From Pseudomonadota bacterium (GTDB lineage: Bacteria > Bdellovibrionota_B > Oligoflexia > Oligoflexales > CAIYRB01): a DNA stretch of 47,412 nucleotides. This document shows, one piece after another, positions 27,381-35,585 of this stretch; the first letter of the stretch is position 1; every line of letters starts with the position of its first letter. Position numbers and translations under genes: made by a program. The DNA lies in the NCBI GenBank assembly GCA_031416315.1, contig JANOTL010000016.1, positions 1 through 47,412 on the forward strand. Reading direction: 5' to 3'. Below the pieces are notes generated by a model. The model had not been told where the DNA came from and searched no databases. It was given only the letters and a program-made list of their open reading frames with translations.

Positions 27381-27747
27381 ATCACGGGACGCGCACTTGG
27401 ACGTCCACGTTGACCTTTTCGTGTGCGTATCGCCTGTACGTGCGCGTGATCTCTTACGTGGGGCCGCCTCCATCTTGCGGCCGATCTTGCTATAGAGCGA
27501 AATGGCGACGCAGCTCCTGCCTCCCGCCGCCAAGCGCTCGGCCGCCTCGCCGTCTTTTCGGTAAGGTTCCAGCTCGCGTGCGGCCATGATCCACCTCCTT
27601 CGGACGCGAGATGTCGTTCGCATCCGTCGGTCGGCTGCGGCAAAAACCTGGACGAGTGCCTAAACAGCAGCGCGCGAATACCTCTATACGCAAAGCAAAC
27701 GCATGAGAATCACTTAAGAAATCACTGATCGGCTGGCCAGATCTACC

Positions 27748-27763
27748 GGGCGCACGCCTTGCA
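27748..27763 (+). promoter_or_regulatory. Candidate sigma54 promoter
   Basis: GGGCGCACGCCTTGCA has GG-N10-GC spacing and TTGCA, 70 bp upstream of ATG 27833; imperfect -24 element. Confidence 0.4.
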
Positions 27764-27832
27764 GCGTATACGCAGCTCCACTCTGAGACCTTCCAAGCAA
27801 ACTGGTTTTGCAATTCATACGGAGTCCTTTCG

Positions 27833-29578
27833 ATGCGTAAGATTCTCCTCTTCTCCACCCTGGCCCTCTCGGCCTGCAGCAACGGCAGCCCCGTCGCCAA
27901 GCTGCTCGATCAAACCGGCGAAGGCGACGCCGCCGCCGCCCCGGCAAAGCCCGACCTGACGGTGAGCTTCGTCGACGCCGCGACCGTCGCGGACGGCAAG
28001 ATCGCCTTCACGCTCGAGTTCAAGAACAACGGCGCGGCCTTCCCGGCCGAGTACGCCGTGAAGAGCAAGGCGCTCCTCTTTCCGAAGGCCGACTACGCCA
28101 AGCGCCTCGTCGGCACCGGCATCGTCCTCGAGACGATCGAGACGACCCTCAACCTCGGCGCCGGCGAGTCGAAGACCGTCGTCGTGGAGAAGGCGCTCCC
28201 CAACACGCCGAAGAGCGGCTACTTCCTGGGCGTCACGACCAACACCGACTCCTCGGCGTTCCCGTCGGAAGAAGACGGCTCGAACGGCGACGACGACGAT
28301 GATGACGACGTTCTTCCGGTCCCGCCGGACGCGCCGGCCGTGGCCGCGCACCTCGTCGAGTCCTACGAAGGCCAGCTGAACAACGTCACGGCGAAGCTCC
28401 TCGACCTCGGCGAGATCGAGCTCCTGATCCCCGAGACCGGCGTCCGCGGCAAATACGACCTCTACCACGAGGTCCAGAACGCCGCGATCTCGATGGACTC
28501 CGGCACCGCCTCGCACTCCTCGCGCAACATCCTCCGCGTCATGGAAGGCGAGGACGCGGTTCCGCCGAAAGCCGATTGGGACGAGACGATCTCGGCCCGC
28601 TTCCTGTTCGCCGACCTCGATGCGGGCACGCTGTCGATGGGCGCCTACACCCGCTCTGAGGTCGACAAAGTCTGGACGGCGATCTCGTGGAACAAAGAAG
28701 GCGACGCCGCCGGCCACAACATCCACGTCGATTACTACAGCAACTCCCCCGGCATCGCCCACCTGGACACCGGCAAGTACGTCTTGGGCGTCCTCATGAA
28801 CGCCAACGACAGGTTCAAGATCGACGCCTATCCGGAGAACAACCTCGACCTGACGTTCATGGACCTCCAAGAGCAAAAAGTCATCCGCATGGAAGACGAA
28901 GTCTGGATGTCGATCAACGACGGCGAGCAGCAATCGGTCAGCGGCAGCATCAACGGCCGCGGCGACATGCACGACTGGTCCTACTCCATCGAGAACGCGC
29001 CGGCGTGGCTGAAGATCACGGCGAAGGCGACCAAATGGTCCTATAACCTGACGATCAAGGCATCGGCCAGCGACGTCACGATCGGCATGCATGAGATCCC
29101 GGTCAAGGTCTTGGCGACGAAGGACGGCAAGACCTTCGAGTCGATCACGAACCTCATGATCTACAAGAACGGCGGACCGGTCCTCGAGGTCATCGGCCTC
29201 CCCGAGAACGAGAAGATCCGTCTCGACTCGCCAGGCGTCACAGTCGCCGACGAAGACGGCGTCAAGACCCTCTACTACGACTTCCAAGTGAAGAACGCCG
29301 GCAACGAGGATCTCTTCTACAGCACGAAGAACGAGAGCGCCGCGCTCAAGCTCATCACGACCGGGTCGAAAAAGCTCGCCCCGGGCGAAGGGCAGTCGAT
29401 CAGGATCAAGATGACTCTCGTCGGGACTCCGATCCCACGCGCCGACGGCACGACCCGTACCTACTTTGGCTTCCAGATGAACTCGAACGGCGGCGTCCGC
29501 TACGTCTCGCTCTACCTCGAGCAAGGCGTCGCGATCCCTGACAACGACGAAGACGACGACGACGACGACGACGAGTGA
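27833..29578 (+). CDS. Acidic lipoprotein with Ig-like/CARDB-type beta-sandwich domains and poly-Asp tracts
   Basis: Lipobox LSAC; KPDLTV...KNNG; NAPAWLKI; VKNAGNEDL...LAPGE; Asp runs internally and at the C-terminus. Confidence 0.75.
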   Translation: MRKILLFSTLALSACSNGSPVAKLLDQTGEGDAAAAPAKPDLTVSFVDAATVADGKIAFTLEFKNNGAAFPAEYAVKSKALLFPKADYAKRLVGTGIVLETIETTLNLGAGESKTVVVEKALPNTPKSGYFLGVTTNTDSSAFPSEEDGSNGDDDDDDDVLPVPPDAPAVAAHLVESYEGQLNNVTAKLLDLGEIELLIPETGVRGKYDLYHEVQNAAISMDSGTASHSSRNILRVMEGEDAVPPKADWDETISARFLFADLDAGTLSMGAYTRSEVDKVWTAISWNKEGDAAGHNIHVDYYSNSPGIAHLDTGKYVLGVLMNANDRFKIDAYPENNLDLTFMDLQEQKVIRMEDEVWMSINDGEQQSVSGSINGRGDMHDWSYSIENAPAWLKITAKATKWSYNLTIKASASDVTIGMHEIPVKVLATKDGKTFESITNLMIYKNGGPVLEVIGLPENEKIRLDSPGVTVADEDGVKTLYYDFQVKNAGNEDLFYSTKNESAALKLITTGSKKLAPGEGQSIRIKMTLVGTPIPRADGTTRTYFGFQMNSNGGVRYVSLYLEQGVAIPDNDEDDDDDDDE

Positions 29579-29640
29579 GCTCCGCTTCTGACCTTCCGTC
29601 AAAGCTACCGTAGCGTTCACCACGTAGAGGATTTCCTCCG

Positions 29641-30771
29641 ATGCTCACCAAACTGAAGGCTGCTGCCGTCGCGCTCCTCGCCCTCACGGGATTGAGCGCC
29701 GGCATGGCCAAGGCCGAGACCCTGCCTTGCGACACGCAAGGATGGCTCGCGGCCGAGAAGTCCCTAGTGATCACCGACCTTTCCGTAGTGAACGATTCCC
29801 GGGCTAAGAAGAATGGCGCGTGGAGCTTCGCGCGGATGATGGCGGCCGCGCATCCCGCCATCGCCGCAACGAAGCTCGGCGACGCCGCGCACTCCTGGCT
29901 CGACCAGTTCGGGACCATCGCTTCGCTCAACGGCTTCAAGGTCGACGAGCGCACCCCCGGTGCGATGCTCGGCAACTGGCCCCGCGTCGGCGTCCCGCAA
30001 GGCAACATCGGCAGCGGCACCAACCTCGACGTCACGCGTGCCCCGCTCCGCCTCTTGGCCATCGTCTACCGCCTCGACCTGAACGAGGGGCGCTTCGTCT
30101 TCGGCGCGACCGATCCGCAGACGGGGATCAAAGACTTCGCCGTGATCTTCGAGTTCCAGCTGCCGGCCGGCGCGACGCCCGGCTTTTGGCCCGAGTCCTT
30201 CGCCGCGCTCTCGTCTTCGCCCTTCGGCCCGGCGTACAACAAGCGCCTCGAGACGCTCACCGACCTCTTCACTAAGCCGGACTCCGGCACGACCCTCCTC
30301 AAGACGGTCCGCACGAACGAGCAGTACTTTGGCCAAGGCTGGGATCTGCGCGAGTTCCGCGTCAACGCCGCCGGCACCGCCCTCGTCCTCGGCACCCCCG
30401 AGAAGACCCCTGACGTCTCCCTGAACGGCGCCAACGGCGCAAAGCTCGTCGACTGGGTCAAGGCCCACGGCGAGGCGATCAAGTCCGGCGACTACGCGAT
30501 CCCCGCGGAATTTCAAGGCGGCAGCGCCTTCCTCGAGGACGACCATTTCAAATGGCTGAAGAGCGCTCAAGGCGTGGAGCCAGCCGTGCGTGCAGCGTTC
30601 GCGATGGGCACCTGCAACGGCTGCCACGGCCGCGAGACGGACACGCGTTTTCTTCACATCGCGCCGCGCCTGGCGATCGAGCCGGCGAAGCTGTCGAAGT
30701 TTCTGGTGGACGAGATGAAGATCCGGGCCTCGCAGTTGACCAAAAAGGTGTGTTTGGCGGCGGCGCCTTGA
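29641..30771 (+). CDS. Exported monoheme c-type protein of unknown function
   Basis: Signal peptide ending AKA; RLLAIV, EGRFVFG, VRTNE, WDLREF, C-terminal CNGCH followed by FLHI. Confidence 0.75.
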   Translation: MLTKLKAAAVALLALTGLSAGMAKAETLPCDTQGWLAAEKSLVITDLSVVNDSRAKKNGAWSFARMMAAAHPAIAATKLGDAAHSWLDQFGTIASLNGFKVDERTPGAMLGNWPRVGVPQGNIGSGTNLDVTRAPLRLLAIVYRLDLNEGRFVFGATDPQTGIKDFAVIFEFQLPAGATPGFWPESFAALSSSPFGPAYNKRLETLTDLFTKPDSGTTLLKTVRTNEQYFGQGWDLREFRVNAAGTALVLGTPEKTPDVSLNGANGAKLVDWVKAHGEAIKSGDYAIPAEFQGGSAFLEDDHFKWLKSAQGVEPAVRAAFAMGTCNGCHGRETDTRFLHIAPRLAIEPAKLSKFLVDEMKIRASQLTKKVCLAAAP

Positions 30772-30781
30772 TTTATTTTAC

Positions 30782-30825
30782 CGCAGAGAACGCAGAGGAC
30801 GCAGAGGACGCAGAGGACGCACAGG
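30782..30825 (+). repeat. Intergenic 9-bp tandem repeat (CGCAGAGRA x4 plus one degenerate copy)
   Basis: cgcagagaa cgcagagga cgcagagga cgcagagga cgcacagg, read directly. Confidence 0.9.
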
Positions 30826-30887
30826 CGCGTCGTTGCAGGGCCCTGCGGCACATGAACTTCATGCAACTTTCCTGATATGATCGGCCC

Positions 30888-32048
30888 ATGAAAGACTTTA
30901 CGTCCCTCACCGCCCTCATCTGTTTCGCCGTCGTCGCCACCACGGTCGCCTGCCGCTCGACGTCCCCGTCCGAGCTCACCGACTCCCAGGCGAAGGACGC
31001 GCCGACAAATCCGGACGACGAGCCCGTGACGCCCCCTCCCCCACCGCCGCCCCCGGCGCCGGTCGAGCCCTATGTGCAGGTCGCCGCGTCGACGCTCGAG
31101 AGCACGGGACTTTACTCGGACTTTGCGACGCGCAAGCTGGCCGAAGGCGTCCGCGCCTATGAGCCGCGCTTTCCGCTCTATTCCGACGGCACTGCGAAGG
31201 TACGTTACATAAAGCTGCCCGCGGGCGCCGTCATCGATCCGACGACGAAAGAGCTCTGGCGCTTTCCCGTCGGCACCAAGATCTGGAAAGAGTTCAAGAC
31301 CGGCGAACGGGTGATCGAGACGCGCTACATGGAAAAGCGCGAGGGCCAGTGGGTCTTCGGCACCTACGCGTGGAATGAGGCGCAAACCGAGGCGAGCAGC
31401 TGGAGCGGAGCCGAGATTCCGGCGGCAGCGAGCGTGCCTGTGGCAACCACTAACGGCGCGACGCAGATGGTCGACTACGCCATCCCAGCCTTCGAGGATT
31501 GTCTCACCTGCCATAAGCAGCACGGCGCCGGCACGACGGCAGCGACGCGTCCGGACCCGGTGCTCGGCTTTCAGGCGGTGCAGCTCGAGCGCCCGGTGAT
31601 CGAGGCACTGGTCGCGCAGAACGCGTTGACCGAGCCCGGCATCAACTGGGCCGCGCATGCGATCTTCGCCAACGACGACCGCGAGCGCCAAGTGATCGGC
31701 TACATGCACGGCAACTGCGGCCACTGCCACAACCCTCGGCGCCCTGAGATTGTGCCGCCGATGGGCGGCGAGGCCTACGCCTTGAACTACAACCTCGCGA
31801 CGATCACCCAGCGAGACGAGTCCCTCTTCATCCAGCTGATCGACCGCCCGATCACGAACGCCAACGTTCTGATCCCGGGGATCGCCAGCCCCTCGACCAT
31901 CAAGCCGGGGAAGACGAAGGAGAGCATGCTCTACTTCCGGATGCTCGGCGCCCAGCCGCCGTTCGCGATGCCGAAGATCGGCGTGCGCTCGAAGGACTAC
32001 GGCTTCACCAACGGCGTCCTCAAAGGGTGGATCAAGGACCTTGACTAA
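30888..32048 (+). CDS. SO2930-like diheme c-type cytochrome lipoprotein
   Basis: Lipobox TVAC, YEPRFPLYSDG.AK.R, FPVGT..WKEF, IETR, CLTCH, NCGHCHNP, C-terminal MP. Confidence 0.8.
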   Translation: MKDFTSLTALICFAVVATTVACRSTSPSELTDSQAKDAPTNPDDEPVTPPPPPPPPAPVEPYVQVAASTLESTGLYSDFATRKLAEGVRAYEPRFPLYSDGTAKVRYIKLPAGAVIDPTTKELWRFPVGTKIWKEFKTGERVIETRYMEKREGQWVFGTYAWNEAQTEASSWSGAEIPAAASVPVATTNGATQMVDYAIPAFEDCLTCHKQHGAGTTAATRPDPVLGFQAVQLERPVIEALVAQNALTEPGINWAAHAIFANDDRERQVIGYMHGNCGHCHNPRRPEIVPPMGGEAYALNYNLATITQRDESLFIQLIDRPITNANVLIPGIASPSTIKPGKTKESMLYFRMLGAQPPFAMPKIGVRSKDYGFTNGVLKGWIKDLD

Positions 32049-32136
32049 GCCGCTGTAACGACTGGATATTCAGGAACAACGCTCAAGAACGCCAAGCGCG
32101 CCCCGATAGTTCCTCCAGCACTTTGGAGGAAGCCAC

Positions 32137-33222
32137 ATGACCCTGAAGCAACGTCTCGCCCTCAGCGCCCTACTTGCAACCCTCGCGGCCTGCGGCGCCG
32201 ACACCGACGACGACAAGACTGCAGACCCAGCTAAGACGACCGCGGCGACGGACGACGAGTCCACGCCGACGGACGGCACTGGCAACACGGGCAAGGCGAC
32301 ACTCGGATTCGGGACGTCCGGCGCGCTAGCGCTCGAAGGCGACACCGCGGCCGCGGCCGGCATCGTCTCCGGCGACTGCACGATCACCTCGGGCTTTGCC
32401 TCGATCGGCGCGATCAAGGTGAAAGTCGCGAAGGAATCGACCGCGAAAGACGTCGAGATCCACAAAGCCGACCTCGAGGACGACAAAGCCGCCAACGCCG
32501 AGCTCGACGCTGCCGACACCGAGGCGGAAGCCGCGGCCGCAGCGCTCGCGATCGACGAAGCGACCAAGGGCGACAAAGCGGCGAAGATGAAAGCGGTCAA
32601 GCAGGCCAAAGCGAAGAAGCTCGCCGAAAAGAAGACGGAGCTCCGCGCGAAGCTGAAAGATCGCCACGACAAAGCGAAGTCCAGAGACCGCGCGACCCGC
32701 TTCGATGGACCCTTCGTCCTTGACCTGATGACCGGCAAGCTCGTGGGCGACAAGCCGGCCGTCGACCTGCCGGACGGCAGCTACCGTCGCATCGAGTTCA
32801 AGCTTCGCCCGAACTTCGACGTCGAAGAGGCCAACCCGCTCTTCGCTCGCGCGCTCGTCGTCTCCGCCACCTGCGTCAAAGGGGCGGCTACGGTCCCCGT
32901 CGAGATCGAGATCCACCATGCGCTCAACTTCCGCATGCGCGGCGACGCCGCTCTGGCGGTGAGCAAGGGCGGCGACGCCAAGATCGGCATCGTCTTCGAC
33001 GTCAAGCGCTGGTTCGAGGGGCTCGACCTCACGGGCGGAACCTTGAACGCGGACGGCGTCGTCGTCGTCAACCGCGGGCAAAACCGCGAGCTTTGGCAGC
33101 AGATCCGCAAGAACGTCAAGATGCGCTCGGTCTTCGGCCACGACAAGAACGCGGACGAGAAGATCGCCGCGGACGAGAAGATCGGCGAAGGCGAAGATGT
33201 CGCGGATGCCGACGCGGAGTGA
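32137..33222 (+). CDS. Hypothetical lipoprotein (possibly DUF4382-like) with charged coiled-coil insert
   Basis: Lipobox LAAC; LPDGSYRRIEFKL and FDVKRWF segments; K/A/E/D-rich helical insert. Confidence 0.65.
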   Translation: MTLKQRLALSALLATLAACGADTDDDKTADPAKTTAATDDESTPTDGTGNTGKATLGFGTSGALALEGDTAAAAGIVSGDCTITSGFASIGAIKVKVAKESTAKDVEIHKADLEDDKAANAELDAADTEAEAAAAALAIDEATKGDKAAKMKAVKQAKAKKLAEKKTELRAKLKDRHDKAKSRDRATRFDGPFVLDLMTGKLVGDKPAVDLPDGSYRRIEFKLRPNFDVEEANPLFARALVVSATCVKGAATVPVEIEIHHALNFRMRGDAALAVSKGGDAKIGIVFDVKRWFEGLDLTGGTLNADGVVVVNRGQNRELWQQIRKNVKMRSVFGHDKNADEKIAADEKIGEGEDVADADAE

Positions 33223-35121
33223 TCAGAGGACGGGGATGCAGCCCTCGACGGGCTGCGTCACCACGTCATAGATCCAACTGGGCGCATCGCAGAGGTCACC
33301 CGGTAGCGAGGCGACGCCGGCGCTGGCTCCGATCATCGGACGGATGAGCTGCGAGCCACGATAAACCGAGACGCCGCCGATCGAAGGGTAAGTGGGCTCT
33401 GCCGCGCCCTCGTTCTGGAAGATCTCGAAGACCGATGCGTTGAGCATGACGAGAGATGCGGAGGCGTCTTCGTTCGGTCCGACCCAGGTGCCGTCCGTGG
33501 GTAGCGCCAGAGCGAGCGTGGCGAGGTATCCGAGATAAATTCCGGACTGCTCGTCCTGGTAGGCGATCATCGAGTTCGGACCGGCGGTCTCGAAGCGTAC
33601 GTTCTTGCCGCTGATGTTGAGGTTGCCGCCGCTACTGAAGAGGCAATGGCTGCCGCAGCCCACGACTGAGACGTCTTTCTCCGTTAGCGTCCAGGCGAAC
33701 GTCGCCTGGATGTCGGCCTCGATGCCCGTGCCAAACCCCGCGACCGTCAAGCCGGTCTCATAGAAGTTTTGCAAGCTGCTCGCGCCGGAGACCAAGATGC
33801 CGGTGCCGCTGGCGTCGACCGGTGCCGCGAGGCTCGTGATCTCGAGATCGCTCATGTGCCGCGAGTAGAGGTTCCACGCGGACGCGCCGTTCAGGATGAC
33901 CCCGGTGACGACGTTCGTCATGGTCACTTTATAGGGCGTCTCGCTCGCGTCGTTCAAGGTGTTGATCGAGGAGCTGTCCGTGCCGATGAAGGCCTGGAAA
34001 GCCGTGTCGATCGTGAGCGCGCCGGTAATGGCGAGATTTCCCTGCCGGACGGAGACCCCTTGGGCGAAGCGCGTGACGGTGACGTCGCGGAGAACGACGT
34101 TGCCGCCCGTCTCGACATTGAGGCCGATGCCGCCGCCGTCGAGGACGGCGGAGAACGTCGCGGTGTCTGCGGCGATGGGGTTCGCGTGCAGCTTCTCCTC
34201 GAAGCCGGCGGGACCGGTTAGATCGACGCGATTCAGCGTCAACGCCGCGTTCTCGACCAGCACGGCGGAGTCGAACACGTTGGAGGCGGAGTTGCCTGTC
34301 GGCGTGGGAAGCGCGACGACCACGTCCTCGAGGTGAATCTTCGCGGCGAGGCCGTTGACGTTGAGAAAGGCGATGCTGCGCTTGACGCCTTCGAGCGTCG
34401 CCTTGGCTCCCGAGCCGCGAATGGTGAGAGAGCCGCCGGCGACCGTCTTGTTCTCGACGACGACGTCGCCGACGTGGGTTGCGGTCGGCAGCAGGTCGAC
34501 GGTGACGGCGTGCGCGATCACTTCGGGAATCAGGGACAAGGCGCGAGCGACCGTTTTGCACGGCGCGGCCGCGACGCACAGATCCTCGTCTTTGCCGGCG
34601 ACCGCATCGACGAAGAGCGCGAGATCGCTGGTCGTCTTCGTGAGGTAGGCCGGTGGCACGAGAAAGATGTATTCCTGCTGCTTGCCCTGATACACGGCGG
34701 TAAATGAGAGCGACTGCGCCTGCGAAGGCTTGACGCCCCCGGCCGTGAACGCGAACTGATAGCTCGCGCCTGCGGGCTGCGGCGAGATGATGGCGTCGAT
34801 CGGCGCCGCGGCGCCCTGGGCATTGACCTTCGCGCCGACGGCTTGCACCGGGTCGACGACGACGTTGCCGCGCTCGTCCTTGAGGGAGCAGCCGAAGGTC
34901 GTCTGCGTGGCGGCGGAGTCGCCGGCGTTGACGACGTCACAGTCGAGCGCGGCGAGGAAAGCGCCGCTGACCTCGACCGGCACATCCGCCTTCTCGATCT
35001 CCTCGTCGGAGCCGCTGCCGGAGCCTTTGCCTTCTGCCTTCGGGGCGTCGTCCTTGCTCGAGCAGGACGAGAGCACGGCGACGAGCGCGACGACGAACAC
35101 GGGTCTGCGTGACGTGAGCAT
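33223..35121 (-). CDS. Lipoprotein with right-handed parallel beta-helix (pectin-lyase-like) region
   Basis: Lipobox LSSC; LFVD...G.D...C....PCKTV..AL beta-helix cap; repeated G-I-x-V / L-T-I strands. Confidence 0.7.
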   Translation of the reverse strand: MLTSRRPVFVVALVAVLSSCSSKDDAPKAEGKGSGSGSDEEIEKADVPVEVSGAFLAALDCDVVNAGDSAATQTTFGCSLKDERGNVVVDPVQAVGAKVNAQGAAAPIDAIISPQPAGASYQFAFTAGGVKPSQAQSLSFTAVYQGKQQEYIFLVPPAYLTKTTSDLALFVDAVAGKDEDLCVAAAPCKTVARALSLIPEVIAHAVTVDLLPTATHVGDVVVENKTVAGGSLTIRGSGAKATLEGVKRSIAFLNVNGLAAKIHLEDVVVALPTPTGNSASNVFDSAVLVENAALTLNRVDLTGPAGFEEKLHANPIAADTATFSAVLDGGGIGLNVETGGNVVLRDVTVTRFAQGVSVRQGNLAITGALTIDTAFQAFIGTDSSSINTLNDASETPYKVTMTNVVTGVILNGASAWNLYSRHMSDLEITSLAAPVDASGTGILVSGASSLQNFYETGLTVAGFGTGIEADIQATFAWTLTEKDVSVVGCGSHCLFSSGGNLNISGKNVRFETAGPNSMIAYQDEQSGIYLGYLATLALALPTDGTWVGPNEDASASLVMLNASVFEIFQNEGAAEPTYPSIGGVSVYRGSQLIRPMIGASAGVASLPGDLCDAPSWIYDVVTQPVEGCIPVL

Positions 35122-35217
35122 GGGGCAAAAGCTCCTTTCGCGACTGTTCGGCGAAAGTGCCGAGAGTCCTGAACGGCTCTCTCGCCCCAGACGGAATGGC
35201 TCAAAGATTTAGGGCGA

Positions 35218-35571
35218 TTAGCCCTCGAGCTTCTCGACGATCAGCTCGACGAACTCGCCCTCTTTGCCGAAGAACTCGCGCATCGCGTAGGTGTCGTCGA
35301 ACCACTCCCGCATGGGGTCTTTTTCCGCGGTCTTGGTCTTTTTCACCAGGTCCGAATAGGTCGAGGTGATCTCGACCAGGCGCGTGATCACGCCTTGCGA
35401 GTTGCCGTTCGCGGCCGGGTACTTCTCGCGCAGATAGCGCATGACGAAGTAGACGAGGACGGGATCGCGCTTGTCGGCGATGTTGAAGGCGTCGGCAGCG
35501 CTGAGGTTGCCGTTCTCGATCCCTTGGAGGAGCCTTAGGCCTTCGCGCTTCTCGTTATTGATATCCGACAT
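35218..35571 (-). CDS. Hypothetical protein, 117 aa
   Basis: MSDINNEKREG...EKLEG, with AAGGAG RBS overlapping the M3 peptidase stop. It is the real C-terminal part of track ORF 35218..36366. Confidence 0.8.
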   Translation of the reverse strand: MSDINNEKREGLRLLQGIENGNLSAADAFNIADKRDPVLVYFVMRYLREKYPAANGNSQGVITRLVEITSTYSDLVKKTKTAEKDPMREWFDDTYAMREFFGKEGEFVELIVEKLEG

Positions 35572-35585
35572 CGAAAGGATTCTCC

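Noticed and set aside
27381..27640. Minus-strand peptide (ELEPYRKDGEAAERL...LYSKIGRKM) faintly like a phytoene synthase C-terminus; also considered as an ncRNA site
   Set aside because: Similarity is too weak to support without a search; no RBS and no convincing RNA structure.
30782..30825. Repeat array as a CRISPR
   Set aside because: 9-bp units with no spacers and no cas genes.
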